Below are positions 8,309 through 19,859 of a stretch of DNA of 60,611 nucleotides, in pieces. The notes below the pieces were generated by a model. That model made no database searches. It saw only the letters and a program-made list of their open reading frames with translations, and was not told the origin of the DNA. A program made the position numbers and the translations under genes. The stretch is from a virus (Duplodnaviria > Caudoviricetes): positions 1 to 60,611 of the IMG/VR virus record IMGVR_UViG_3300009788_000014, one strand, 5' to 3'. Numbering within the stretch: position 1 is the stretch's first letter; each line of letters begins with the position of its first letter.

Positions 8309-8352
8309 CGCTTTCTCCTTTTAGCTTGCTTGCGTTTCAGTGGTCCGAGTAG

Positions 8353-8790
8353 TTAATCCTTCGGCGGATCGCACCAGGGCACGGCCACCCCGCCTACGCG
8401 GGCCTCGTGGCCCACAGCGTAATATGGCATTCCGCCCGGTAGGACGTCCCACATATCGCGAGGCATAAGACACCTGGCCATTCCCGCCGCCATGCCTAGC
8501 TGAAGCAACATGTCCATCGTCCGATGATCGCCGGTCCACTGCCGGCCATGGCGATCCATGCAGGCGTTGAGGAAGGACATCCCGCCGCCGCGGTCCGCCT
8601 GAAAGTCGTCCGGCAGATCCAGCAGCATTGCCGCGATCTCCGCGGCGTGCGCGTTAAGCCGGCCAGGATGAAATCCCACGGTAGACATGATACCTTCGGC
8701 CGGGACGTGGTCTGACGTGTCTTCGCCCTCGGCGAACAGGCAAGATTCGTATACGGTTACAACCTTTTGCGGTGAAAGCACGACGTTCAC
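8353..8790 (-). CDS. Conserved phage hypothetical protein
   Basis: GAGGAG RBS + GTG; GGGMSFLNAC..R.G.QWTG and LPGGMPYY motifs. Confidence 0.75.
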   Translation of the reverse strand: MNVVLSPQKVVTVYESCLFAEGEDTSDHVPAEGIMSTVGFHPGRLNAHAAEIAAMLLDLPDDFQADRGGGMSFLNACMDRHGRQWTGDHRTMDMLLQLGMAAGMARCLMPRDMWDVLPGGMPYYAVGHEARVGGVAVPWCDPPKD

Positions 8791-9135
8791 GGCTAGTCTC
8801 CTCGTTTGGTCAAGCCCGAGGGCGCCGGGTTGAAAGGTGTGAGTGCGAAGACATTCCCTCATCCGTGGCGCCCCGGGACAAGATCATCTTCGCGCGCCCG
8901 TGATGAAAAGTCAAGCCTTAGGCCGGATTAAAGAGCCGGGATCCGCGGTCCGATAGCCCCATAGCTCCGGCCTGCCGGAAGACGCTGCACGCCACCCGTG
9001 AAATCCGCCAAGGGCTTGCGTCTCCGCCGAGGATCACGCTCGGCGGCGTCGAGCAGGGAGACGGGTACCGTACCCGTCTCCGCAGCTTCCGCCAGGCTGT
9101 CGCCCTGCGCCCTGAGCCTGAGCGCATGCCAGAGG

Positions 9136-11011
9136 TTACTCTTCATGCGGGGCTCCTTGCTTAGGAGCATCGGGAGGATCCGGAAGGGACCGAAGCTCCC
9201 GGTCCCCTAGCTTCTTCGTGATTTCGGCAATTTGTGCGTCCGCCAGCTGGACAATCCGTGCCAGCTCGGCCTCGAGCCTGGTTCGCTCGGCCTCAACTAT
9301 CAGACCGGGCATCTCGCCCATATCGCCCTCTGCCTCGATGAGCATGTGACCAAGGCTGGCCAGGTTCTCGCGGGCGCCCGGGATCTCGTCGAAGGCGGCA
9401 CGGTCTTCCGACGAGTCGAATTTGATCACGATTCCTCTGCGCTCTTTCATGGGTCCTCCTCGGTGAACCGAAGCTGTGATGACCAGCGACTCACGGGCGT
9501 CGTGTCCTGGTCGATGCGGTCGAAGGCGTTGGCGGCCATCGTCTGGCGCGCGTCACGGACTTCGTCGTCCCGGATGGCTGGCGTCCTGGGGACGCTGGCG
9601 GTGGCCTGGTCTGTCGATCTTCTCATGGCTCGCCACCCTGCCCCTCGACGGCCGACCACTCCGGCATCCACTCCCGGCACTCCAGGAGGAGGGCCCGGCA
9701 GGCAGAGCAGGTCGGCCAGCGGCGTTGAGTGACCAGGGAATACTCTACGCTCGAAGCCGAACGAACGGGAACCAGGCGCGCGTCTCGGCCACACGCCGTG
9801 GCGTCGTGGCACAGTGCGCACCACCACGAATTCCCGGCCATCATGACGCACTCCGGCAGCAGGATGCCCCGCATCGCCTCCGCGTCGTCCTCGTTGGGCC
9901 AGAGGGTGCGGATCGCCGTCCCGATGAGGTCCGAATCCATCGGCACGGGAGGGGGTATCCCCTGCCAGCCTTCGCCGCCCCGAAGCTCGCCGTCGGTGCC
10001 CCATCGCCGCACGACCTCTCGGGCGTGCCCGGGGTCCAGGAGTTTCGGCGGCGCGAACTCTTCCGCGATCTCCCGGCGCGCGACGATGAGCTTCTGCGCC
10101 CTTTCGCGATCCCGGCCCTCGTCGGGCCAGAGAGCTTGGATTGCGAGCTCGACCTGGTCGGGTCTCGAGCCCGGATCCCGGACGATCCGCTGGGCTTCCT
10201 GGCGGACTAGCTCGGGCTGTGGGGATCTGAATTTCATGGACCTTCCTCCTCGACCCGGAGAGCCCGCCGTGCCTCGGTCGCGCCGGTGATCCACGCCGCG
10301 AGCCGTTCGGCTTCTTCCCAAGACATCGTCAACGGCGACGCCCCCGGGTCAAGGGCGCTGCCGAGATTTACGGCCCAGTCCCCGTACGGGTCATCTTCGT
10401 TGATCCAGGCGTTGACATCTCCCGCTATCACTTCATCCTCCTCAGCCCTTGCCGAATGTCACCCGCGGCGATCTTTTCCGCCAGCCGCTCCGCCGCTTCG
10501 TCCTCGTCGTCAAGGTCCAGGCCCTCGGCGCCTGGCCACTCGCCGCCCAGGACTTCCCGGGCGAGGCGGGCCGCCGTGCCGGCCCGAGGCTTGACCAAAA
10601 GCTCGTCCGCGTCATACGCAGACGCCAGCGCGTCGTGGGCGGCCGTCAAGGCGTCCGTGATCGCCGTCATGTCGCCCTCCTGAGCCCGCCGCGCTTGCCG
10701 GCCTTGGTGATCGTGTAGCTGATGCCGACGAGGAGCGCAGGAACGATTCGCGCCGATGGCCCGTCACGGGTTAGCGACACGAGTACCCTGCGCGCCTCGC
10801 GGTCTACCTCTTGCTCGTTGTGGACAGGGCCGGCGATCCGCACCCGGGCCGCCTTCTTGCGCCCGCTGGCCACCTTGGGGCGGATGCCGACGGAGAAGGT
10901 CTTGTTCCAGCCCGGGTGCCGGGCCGGGTGCGGCCGGCCGCCGGCTTCCATGATCTCGAACTCCATCGCCACCGGCAGGTCTCGATCCACGTCGGGCTCG
11001 TCCTCTGTCAT
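9136..11011 (-). other. Operon of small hypothetical genes (9136-9450, 9623-10237, 10234-10431, 10428-10670, 10667-11011)
   Basis: Chain of ATGA/GTGA-coupled ORFs with GGAGG RBSs. Confidence 0.6.
10961..10979. repeat. 19-bp direct repeat CTCCATCGCCACCGGCAGG (second copy 11245-11263)
   Basis: Exact match at both positions. Confidence 0.85.
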
Positions 11012-11214
11012 CTCGTCCTCTGGACGGTCATGACCGCTTCGATGATGAGCACGAGGAGGAGGACCGTTGCCACGATGAGGACCGGTATCCACGTCGGGGC
11101 CAGCACCCACCACCAAGACCACGAGATGTGACCCGTCAGCTTCAGGACGATGAAGACGATCGCGAGGACGGTGGTGCAGCCGATCCCGCCGGAAGGGGCG
11201 CTCTTGTTGTCCAT
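11008..11214 (-). CDS. Conserved phage two-TM membrane protein
   Basis: GGIG...IVFIVLKLTG.I.WSWWWVLAP.WI signature. Confidence 0.8.
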   Translation of the reverse strand: MDNKSAPSGGIGCTTVLAIVFIVLKLTGHISWSWWWVLAPTWIPVLIVATVLLLVLIIEAVMTVQRTR

Positions 11215-11266
11215 TGTTGTCGGTCCTCCGGGTCCGTCCGGCGGCTCCATCGCCACCGGCAGGAGG

Positions 11267-11295
11267 AGTGTATGGCAGCCCGCGTGGGAAAGCAA
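11267..11295 (-). promoter_or_regulatory. sigma70-like promoter
   Basis: TTGCTT-17bp-TACACT on the minus strand at a divergence point. Confidence 0.6.
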
Positions 11296-11389
11296 GGGAA
11301 ATCTGGGGCAGATTGGGGTTGACATGGGCAAAAGGACGTGGGAAGGTCATCGGCAGAACGGCGCCACGGCCGGCGCGGAGGTACAAAAG

Positions 11390-12659
11390 ATGGAAAAGAT
11401 CACCGACTACCCTGCCACCCGGGACACCGTGAGCCCCTGGCTCAATCAGGGCATGGCAGGGTTCTACGTGGGCGCAGGCGTGGCCGCACGATACGGCCTG
11501 GGCAGCTTCGATCGGGTCGAGCTGAGGTACGGCAGGGGACACGTCCTGGTGCTGGCGCCCGACGACAGGACGTCGTCGGCTGACCTCTTCACCGTCCACC
11601 ACCGCGGCGGCGCCAAGATCTACTGCCGGCGATGGCTGGCGCGGAAACGGATCGCCAGAGCCCGGGGGGGGTTCCCTGTCGTGCCTGGCGAGCAGCCGAG
11701 CGTGAACGGAGACCGCGGCATCCCGCGGCAGGCGCTTCTCGCCTTCGCGGTGCCCCAGGAGGCGTTCGCGGAGCTGCAGCAGGAGATGCGCCCATGACGA
11801 TCGGCGAGCAGATGGAGGCCGCGGTCGAGCGCTTGTCCGATGAGCACCGCCAGGCCCTGGAGCATTGGTCCGGGGTGGAAGAAGAGCACGCCGCGATTTC
11901 CGGGTTCCTTGACTGGGCCAAATCGGAGGATCTCGTGCTCACGACGCCCGGGGGCGTGCCGGTTGACCCCTGTTCGCTGGTCAATCGCTACCTCGTAGTC
12001 GACGAGGACCTCCTGGACGGCGCCCGCCGGGCGCTCCTGTCCAACGCGGACGCCGAGGAGGTAGGAAGCGCTGAGGATCGGCCCGTCCGGGACCCCAGGG
12101 TCCTGGCCGAAATCGAAGACTTCCGTGCCGGGGGCTCATCGCTGGATGACGAGCAGATTCTTGCCCTTCGCGTCTGTCGAACCGGCGCCTCCGGCGAGGT
12201 GGACGCACTGCTCGACCTGATCGAGAGGATGTCGGGGATCACGATCAAGGCCCTCGACGGGGAGGCGAAAACACCATGACGAGCTATATCGACATCATCA
12301 ACGTGGTCCGTGAGGGACTGACAGAGGACGGGGCCTACCCGGCCGAGGAGACGCTCGACGCGCTGAGGGAGAACGCGCCGAGAGTCGGCGGTTCCGAGCT
12401 CATCCGGATCCTTGAAGTCTACGCCGAGGCATCCACCTACGCCACCATGGAGAGCTGCGGCACAGAGGACGAGCTCTGGTATGCCGCCCAGGACGCCGCA
12501 AATTTCAATCCTGGCTACCGCTTCACCACGGGCGGGTGGTCGGGCGCCGAGGACCTGGTTGACGCCCTCATGCCCTCGCTGGGCTGGCTGCTCCTCTGGC
12601 AGCTCTCGGTACGCGGCGGCGCCTTCTACTTCGCGTGCCCAGAGGGGCCGCCATGCTGA
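11390..12659 (+). other. Three coupled hypothetical genes (11390-11797, 11794-12279, 12276-12659)
   Basis: GGAGG RBS and ATGA overlaps. Confidence 0.6.
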
Positions 12660-13090
12660 TGTCCTTCGCCAAGACGCTGGCCGCGCTCGCGGACGGTTCC
12701 AAGACCGTCACGCGGCGGGAGGGGTGGCAAAAGCTCAAGGCTGGGGATGTCGTGACGCCGGTGGAGTGGTCGCCGCGGGTGGGACCTCGGTGGTTTTGTG
12801 ACCACTGCGACGAGGTCGGTTCCACTCTTAGGGGTGGCGAAGCCGATTGGCTTCTCCGGCACCGTGTTTGCGGACACGCCAGACGATACGGTCCACCGCG
12901 GCGACTTCCTGATATCCGCATCGCCTCCGTCCGCCGCGAACGTCTCGGCGACGTCACGCCGCGGGAAGTGCGGCGCGAAGGCTTCCCGGGCATGAGCCCC
13001 GCCGAATTCGTCGCGTTCTACTGCAAGCCGGGCAAGCCCGATCCGAATCGCTTCGTGACGCGGATCGAATTCAAGAGGATTGAGCCATGA
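12653..13090 (+). CDS. ASCH domain protein with Zn-finger-like insertion
   Basis: GSKTVTRR.GW..LK.GD...IRIASVRRERL.D......REGF...VTRIEF; CDHC...H.VC insertion. Confidence 0.75.
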   Translation: MLMSFAKTLAALADGSKTVTRREGWQKLKAGDVVTPVEWSPRVGPRWFCDHCDEVGSTLRGGEADWLLRHRVCGHARRYGPPRRLPDIRIASVRRERLGDVTPREVRREGFPGMSPAEFVAFYCKPGKPDPNRFVTRIEFKRIEP

Positions 13091-15107
13091 ACGTCAGAAT
13101 AAGGACGGACATAGGCAGCGACCGGGACCACTGGTTTTACTGTGCCGTCCGCGGCCGGTACACCGTAGACAAAGAGGGCCTCCATGAAGGCTCACGGCAG
13201 TACTACGTCGAGGAAGGACCTATCGAAATCGTCCAGGTCCGCACCTGGATCTTGACGCCGAAGGAGGAAACGCCATGAAGATACAACTGCATCCCGTCGA
13301 CGGCGCGCAGCGATTTGCTGACGGTAGCCTCAGAGGATTCGCGCCCTTCGTCGCCTTCGCCAGGGCACAGCTCCTCGTCAAATCCGCACCACCGGGCGAC
13401 CAGGAGAACTTCCTGGCGGTTCTCGACACCGGGGATCACAGCCGGATGGCGGAAGGCTTCCTTCAGTGCTTCGCCCGGTGGCTCGAAGAGCTCCTCTCTA
13501 GGTGGAGATCATCCATCGCACGGCACCGCAGCCAGAGGGCGCTCAGGGAACGGTGGGCAAGGCGTCTTGCGGCCGAAAGCCTCGCCGAGGAGGTGCTGCC
13601 CCAGGTCTTCTCACCCGAAGGCTGTGAACGGCTGGAGTGGGCTATGCCCTACGCCTCTTTGGACGCGGCGGGGGGGGCCGGCGATGAGTGACGTGGTCAG
13701 AGTCGAGATCATCATCCCGGCCGAGGAGCTGTCCAGCGCCCTGGTCGGGGCAATCTTCTCCCGGCGACAGCATGCCGATTCGCCTTTGCAGGAAGCGGTC
13801 GCCTTGGCGGTCCGCGAGGGCCACCTGACGGCTCGAATCCGAGAGGGAATCAAGCTTGCGCTCGAGGATCCTGCGCTTCCGCGGCTCGTCGCGGACGCCT
13901 ACAAGGAGGGCCTCGTCGAGGCGGTGAAGACGCGGGCCGCCGGGCAGGTGAGGAACGCCAAGGCCATAGATTTCCAGCGGGCTATCGATGCCCTTAGGGT
14001 CTCGGAGCACCAGTTTGCACTCGGGGACCCCGAGTGCTCGGCTTCCGGAGCCCGCGGAGAGCGCGAGGGAGCGGATGGCTGAGTTGGACCAGGTGCTTTT
14101 GACTCTCCGGGACATCGACTCCGCGGTGCGCCGGGCGGACTCACCGGAGGCGAAAGACATGGGCTTGTGGGATGAATACCTAGACAGGGCTTTGGGCCGA
14201 ACCCGTGAGCTCCTCGATCACCTCGTCCGCTGGCGCACTCGCGGTTGGCGCCCGCGCGGCTATGTCGACCTGCCGGCACTCGACGCGGCGATCGAGGAAG
14301 CCTGCCGGGAGGACGAAGGATGAAAGCCGCCGAGCGCTACGTCGTCCTCCTGGAGCCGGGGTGCTGGCTCTGCCGAGGAGAAGGTGGCGACCCGCCCCGT
14401 ACCCTCCGGGAGGACTTTGCAGCGCACTGGAACGGGCGGGGTGCCGCAGAGGGCGCCTTGACGCGAGCCCGACGCTTCCGCCCGTTCGCCCATGCCGAGA
14501 TCTTGCCCGTTGACCCGAGGAAGTTCTGACATGACCACCAACGCCCTGATCATCTGGCGCGACCCGGCGGGCCGCCTGCGGCTCGCGGAGACGGATGTCT
14601 CCTGGCAGAGCCTCGCGGCCAGGGCCGGCTCAACCCTGCTCGTACCCCTTGGCTTCGACGAAATGCTCAACGTCACCGCCGAGGAGGCCGCAGAGCGCGT
14701 CCTCTGCCTGGCGGAGCCCGGTCGTCCGCGAGTCGGCGGCCGCGTGTCCTGGTGGCACGACAAGGGCTGGCAGTATGGCGCCGTGACGGGCATCGACGAC
14801 ACGACCCGCGAAGCTGTGATTCAAATCACCGCGGCGGGCACGAGCGCCAAGGTGCGGTTCGGCCGGCTGACGGTCGAGGAGGGCTGACGTGGAAGCAGGG
14901 ACGACATGGGCGATCCGTCCCGCCGAGTGGCGCACCGCGGCCCTTGCCGTCCCCGCCGACGCACGGCGCGCACTCTGCGAAGTTCTGGACGCCGCCGTCT
15001 ACACCCTGGTTCCCCACGGCGACGACGAGCAACGCGGCGTCGCTGCCGCAGAAGCTCTCCGAGATGCCCTCGCACCCTTCTTGCCGCCAGAGTCAGAGAA
15101 CGCCTAA
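13087..15107 (+). other. Run of small coupled hypothetical genes (e.g. 13087-13278, 13275-13691, 13684-14082, 14531-14887, 14889-15107)
   Basis: Overlapping start/stop codons, RBSs. Confidence 0.5.
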
Positions 15108-15132
15108 CGCTCCGTAAACAAAGGAGGACAGC

Positions 15133-16023
15133 ATGAAACCAACCCCACAGCTTTTCACGTCCTACGAAGAGGGCCCCCTCTTCGGGCAAAGGCCGCCGCT
15201 CGGCTTCGACGAAGCGCTCGACGGCAAGACCCCGGGGCTAGCGTCTCGCGGGCTCGCGTGGCGGGTCACCTTTTGGGCCGTCCTTGCGCTCTTTCTCGCG
15301 GCGCTCGCGTTCGGCCTGACGGTGCTCCTGGCCCCTCCGGCCGGAGCGCAGGACCCCGACGACCTGCTCGAAGGACTCTGCGAGCTCTGCGGGGACGCCG
15401 CGCTGTACTGCGAGGCGGAGCCGCCGGACGGGGGGGACCTCCTCGCGACGTGGCCGGCCTTCACCTCGACCGTCGGCGAGCCCTCGGTCGACCTCTGGTT
15501 CCCGCTCGCCGAGACGACCACCTACGAGGAGCTCGAGGTCTCCTTCACCGTCGAGCTCAGCCCGGAGGTCTTCGCGCCGCCGGGTCCCGGGGTCCGGCTC
15601 TACAGCCTGGACTGGCAGTCCACCAAGCTCGTCAGGCCCTGGAACGAGACGGTGGCCTACCTCCAGTTCAAGGAGAAGAACGGCAACTGGTCTCTACAGC
15701 TCGGCTCGATGCGCGGCGTGCCGCGGCGCGGCGAGCAGCTGAAGAAGTCGGCGGAGCTCGGGCGCGCTGTGCCGGAGGGCGCCTACCACGTCCTCCTCGG
15801 CGTCGAGCAGCAACGCGTTTCGGTCCTGGTGGTCGGCCCCGACGGCGAGGAGCGCCGCGTCACCGTCGAAACCCCCGACGGACCCCCACTCGCCCATCAC
15901 GGGGTCTTCGCCCGCTTCGGACACACGGGCAACGAGGCCGGCAACGAGACGCCGTTTCGCCCCGGCGCTACCTGGCGCGACTTCGAGGTGCGGGGCTTCC
16001 CCACCGACGGGGTGGCGCCATGA
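15133..16023 (+). CDS. Membrane-anchored or secreted beta-rich protein
   Basis: AGGAGG RBS; hydrophobic helix ending AGA-QD (signal-peptidase-like site) followed by a beta-strand-rich domain. Confidence 0.7.
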   Translation: MKPTPQLFTSYEEGPLFGQRPPLGFDEALDGKTPGLASRGLAWRVTFWAVLALFLAALAFGLTVLLAPPAGAQDPDDLLEGLCELCGDAALYCEAEPPDGGDLLATWPAFTSTVGEPSVDLWFPLAETTTYEELEVSFTVELSPEVFAPPGPGVRLYSLDWQSTKLVRPWNETVAYLQFKEKNGNWSLQLGSMRGVPRRGEQLKKSAELGRAVPEGAYHVLLGVEQQRVSVLVVGPDGEERRVTVETPDGPPLAHHGVFARFGHTGNEAGNETPFRPGATWRDFEVRGFPTDGVAP

Positions 16024-16234
16024 GCGTGCGGGATAATGCGACTCTGGCCCAGGTACCGGACGCACTCGAGCTTGCGGGAAGGCCAGGAGCAGCGGCCCTC
16101 TTTCTGGCGGTAGACGGCCTCATCAGGATGAACCTGGTGGCGGACGGAGAGCTTATGCAGCTGGCTGAGAGTCTTGCCCACGCGGGGCTCAACAAGATCA
16201 GAGAGGCACAGGGCATCGCGGGCGGGGTGACGCC

Positions 16235-16516
16235 ATGAAGAGGGAGGCCGTTACCATCCGGGGCCTCGTCGCGCTACTTGCCGCGGCGATCTTCGTCAGC
16301 GCGTGCAGCGCTTTGTATGAGGCGCGCTCGCATTTGCGAATCGCCACCCCCGCGAGCGCTGCCCCCGCGAGCGCCGCCCCGGAGACGCTGGCCGCCTGCG
16401 ACGTGCCGGACTGCCCGAGCGGCCACCACCTCCTGCTCTACCGGGTGGAGCGGCGCGACGACGGCACCTTCCGGCACTCATCGAGCTACGTCTGCGTCGA
16501 CGAGGCGGCCCCATGA
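16235..16516 (+). CDS. Putative lipoprotein or secreted Cys-containing protein
   Basis: Basic N-terminus, hydrophobic core, VSA-C lipobox-like site. Confidence 0.5.
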   Translation: MKREAVTIRGLVALLAAAIFVSACSALYEARSHLRIATPASAAPASAAPETLAACDVPDCPSGHHLLLYRVERRDDGTFRHSSSYVCVDEAAP

Positions 16517-16781
16517 TCACCGACAACCGGTTCTCGACGGACTTGAGGGTCGCAACCCTGCTCGACAAGATCGAAGAGGCGGCGAAGCCGTGGAGTAGGG
16601 AGACCCTGTCCTGGAAGGGAACCAAGGTCCCGCGGCACATGAGCTTCCGGGGAAAGAAAATCGGGTGGGCGCAGCACGGGATCCTTCTCGCCGAAGACGG
16701 GTCCCAAATCGGAACCTACATCCGGACCAAGTGCTTCGCCGGACCCGGCAAGGATGAGCACGAGATGGAGGTCACCGCGTC

Positions 16782-17108
16782 ATGAGATTCCTCCTCGCCG
16801 CAAGCTCGAGCGGCATCTACCTGGCGTGCTGGACTCGCTACATGGTTCGGCTCGCTCACGGCGAGGGAGCCTTTGACTTCTGGCCGCTGATGCCGTCGGG
16901 CGGTCCGTTGCCGACGTTCGCCCTTGGGCTTGTCGTCTTCTTCCTTGGGGTCCTGTGGCCGCTGTCGCGGGGGCGGCCCCTGGTCGACCGGATCGGAAGG
17001 CTTCCGCGGACTCCCGGGGAAAAGCGGTCCGATGCGTGGCGCAGGGCCGAGCGGGCCGCCGAGAGGCTCGGTGACGCCTTTGAGTATCTGGGGTCCTTCG
17101 GCCGATGA
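16782..17108 (+). CDS. Membrane protein
   Basis: Two hydrophobic segments; ATGA coupling. Confidence 0.55.
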   Translation: MRFLLAASSSGIYLACWTRYMVRLAHGEGAFDFWPLMPSGGPLPTFALGLVVFFLGVLWPLSRGRPLVDRIGRLPRTPGEKRSDAWRRAERAAERLGDAFEYLGSFGR

Positions 17109-17357
17109 ACGCCAGCCGCACCCACCCCGTCCCGGACCAGCCGCAGACGATCTGCGGCTGGATCGCGGGGCTGCTGCTTGCCCTGTCGAGGCTGCGGGCG
17201 CGCCGGAAGGCGCCGCACAGGAAGGGCGCCTGACAAGTCACTCGCGAGACGCTTCCCACGTCTCCTCTACGCCGGGGCGGTGGCGAGAACGCCGCCTCGG
17301 CGGTTTTTCGTCTCGGCGTGTGCCCCAAACCCTTCGTCCGGCCGGCGCTGCTCCACC

Positions 17358-17642
17358 TCACCGATTCGGTCGCGGTCGACAGACGAAGGCAAGGGAGAAA
17401 ACCCGCGCCGGACGACCGGCGACGGTGATCACGCGTTTTGTCATCCTGGGGTCGCCGCGGCTCACGGCGGCGCCCAGGGCGTTCAGGACCCGCCGCCACC
17501 GGTCGAGGGGGTGGACACCTTGTTCACCAGCCCAGCGCTCGAAGATGGCGTCAAGAAGCCCTGCGTCGCCCCACATAACCCCATCGTTCTCCGTCTCGCG
17601 GAGGACTTCGAGGGCGGCGACCATGCACGTGCGGGAGCTCAT
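17358..17642 (-). CDS. Hypothetical protein, leaderless
   Basis: Extended -10 TGnTAAGCT 6 nt before the ATG. Confidence 0.55.
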   Translation of the reverse strand: MSSRTCMVAALEVLRETENDGVMWGDAGLLDAIFERWAGEQGVHPLDRWRRVLNALGAAVSRGDPRMTKRVITVAGRPARVFSLAFVCRPRPNR

Positions 17643-17768
17643 GCGGAGAGCTTATCACAGGCCGGGGCCAGCTTCCCCGCTTTTTCTTTGATTGTGTGGT
17701 AGGATCGGAGGGCGAGCCAGGGATCGTGACCCCGGCCCGCCCCACCCACTGACACAGGAGGTCAGCAG

Positions 17769-18164
17769 ATGTCCGACAAGCCTAGCACGAAAACCCTCAC
17801 CGTCCGCGGTGCCGGTGACGACACCTTCCAATGGGACTATCCCGGTCAACGAGGAGAGAACGACCACGACGACTGTGCGACAGGGTCCGTCAGGACGCTC
17901 CACGTCGAGGCCGTTGCCCTCAAGACGTGCAACATGGGGCACGAGCACCCCGACCCCGCCCCTACCTCGCGAATGGCGATCACGGGAGTCTACGGTATAC
18001 GCTGCCTCTGGTCGATCGGCATCGCACCAATAGAAGACGACGACCTCCTGCCCTGCTGGCCGATGCACTGGCGCTTCGAGGACTACTCGACTGTCCTGGA
18101 GATCTCGATCCCGGCCGACGCCACGGTCAAGCTGGTCTGGCCGGAAGGGGCTGGCGATGAGTGA
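17769..18164 (+). CDS. Hypothetical protein
   Basis: AGGAGG RBS, protein-like composition. Confidence 0.65.
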   Translation: MSDKPSTKTLTVRGAGDDTFQWDYPGQRGENDHDDCATGSVRTLHVEAVALKTCNMGHEHPDPAPTSRMAITGVYGIRCLWSIGIAPIEDDDLLPCWPMHWRFEDYSTVLEISIPADATVKLVWPEGAGDE

Positions 18165-18704
18165 CACGAAACTTCCTTCCGTTCGCTTCGGAATCGAGTT
18201 TACGGAGCTGGAAGCCCGAAGCCTGCTCCTGCTACGCCCCAGGCGGTTCACCGACGAGCTTGGCGGCATAAACCCTCTCGTCTGTAAGAGCTTAGGCGTG
18301 AACAAGGCTGCGGCACGTCGCGCTGCGAAGAAGATCCGGGGGGTGATGAGGCTTGCAGAGGGGTACGGCAACGAGGAGGATACGCCATGAGCGACGAAAA
18401 GAAGACCGTGGTCGACCTCTCCGTGGACGCGCTCGTCTCCTTTTTATTCCTGTCCCTCTGCATTTTGTTTGCTGGCCTCTTTGTAGCCAGCGGCCTTAGC
18501 GAGATCGCCGACGCGATCAGCTCCTACACGATCCCGGCCGGTCCGTAGACCGGCCGGGGACTCGGTGTGAATGGGTGTCGTAGCTTCTTGCGACGGTCCT
18601 CCTTTCCTTTCGGTTGGTGTCACGGAGACGCTAGCCGCCGCCCGTCACGGCGTCGTCATCGTCATCGTCATCGTTCGGATCTGGCGGATCTCTGTGTTGG
18701 TCTT

Positions 18705-19398
18705 TCATTTTTCACCTCGCGGGGGTAATGGTGACAGTTCCTCTCCCTCGGTGCCGGTGCGGTCAAGGAGGACCTTCTGGTTTGACCTTAGAGTACCGAA
18801 GCGGATCTCCAGGTTGTAGGTTCTTTGGCGGCCCTCGTGTACAGCGTAAAGGAGAACGATCGTTAACGTCAACATGATGACGTTGAGGATCAAAGAAAAC
18901 CAAAGCTGGGTTCTCACCACCTCCATGGTTTGCCGGGTCTCGTGAATTTCTCTGGCTTCTGTCATCACGTCTCTAGCCTTTCCTCAATTTTGCCTAAGCG
19001 GCCCGCCATGTCCTCCACTGCCTGTGTCATTCTCAGCATAGAAATGTCAGACAACTTTAACTGGTCGCTGTGCTCCTCGACACGACGTTCGGTCCGTTCG
19101 AGAACCTCTGCCGCCCGCCCCGTTCTGTAAATCACCACGCCGAGGCTTGGGATAACGAGAATGCCGCCCACTACAATATGGGCTACCATGAGCCCTTCCA
19201 TGAGAGTCATCAGAAACCCGTATCCCTGTCGGTGATCTCGACCAGATGTTCGGTCCTGGCGTCGATCCTGGAAGCCTGTCTGGCCACGGCGCGGATTTCC
19301 TCGCGCGCCTCTTCCAGCTCGCGGCGTAATAGGCGCAGCTGGTGCCAGTGAATGAATGTTACGATGAATAGTCCGGCCACCGGTATGTAAAGACTCAT
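18705..19398 (-). other. Three small single-TM/coiled-coil membrane genes (18705-18968, 18965-about 19210, 19210-19398); holin candidates
   Basis: Hydrophobic segments; position at the distal end of the tail operon. Confidence 0.5.
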
Positions 19399-19400
19399 CG

Positions 19401-19841
19401 CTATTCCCCCTCCAGGTCGCGAATCTTCCGCTTCTTTTTCTGAACGCTCTCGCCCATGGATTCGACTTGCCGACGGAGCCGGCCCACTTCGTTCTGCCTA
19501 CCCTCCTCTTCCGACTTGAGCATTTCCGGCGAGCCTTCTCCCAGATCAGTCTCGAAGGCAGCCAGCACCGCCGTCTCGATGGCGCGCATCTCGGTTGGGG
19601 TTCCCGGCATTGCCGGGTCGGTTCTCGTCCCGACGGGGCCTGCCCGCCACGCTTTTTCTGTGTCGGTCCCTTTCCCGGAGGAAAAGACGTAGTCCCCTGC
19701 GGCGCCCACATCTTTCCCGGCCACGGTGAGAACCGTGTATGGGGTGTCGTCGCCGCGCCACCGTCCGTTGGTTTCTTCTGGGTGGCCAGCGCTGAGTCTC
19801 ACGCTGACTGTTCCGAATCCTGGTACGTTGACTATGGTCAT
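19401..19841 (-). CDS. Tail-associated hypothetical protein with C-terminal coiled coil
   Basis: Immediately downstream of the fibre gene. Confidence 0.6.
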   Translation of the reverse strand: MTIVNVPGFGTVSVRLSAGHPEETNGRWRGDDTPYTVLTVAGKDVGAAGDYVFSSGKGTDTEKAWRAGPVGTRTDPAMPGTPTEMRAIETAVLAAFETDLGEGSPEMLKSEEEGRQNEVGRLRRQVESMGESVQKKKRKIRDLEGE

Positions 19842-19859
19842 CTTTCGATCTACCTTTCT

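Noticed and set aside
18651-18675. (GTCATC)n microsatellite as a contingency locus
   Set aside because: In-frame poly-Asp in a tiny ORF, too short to support phase variation.
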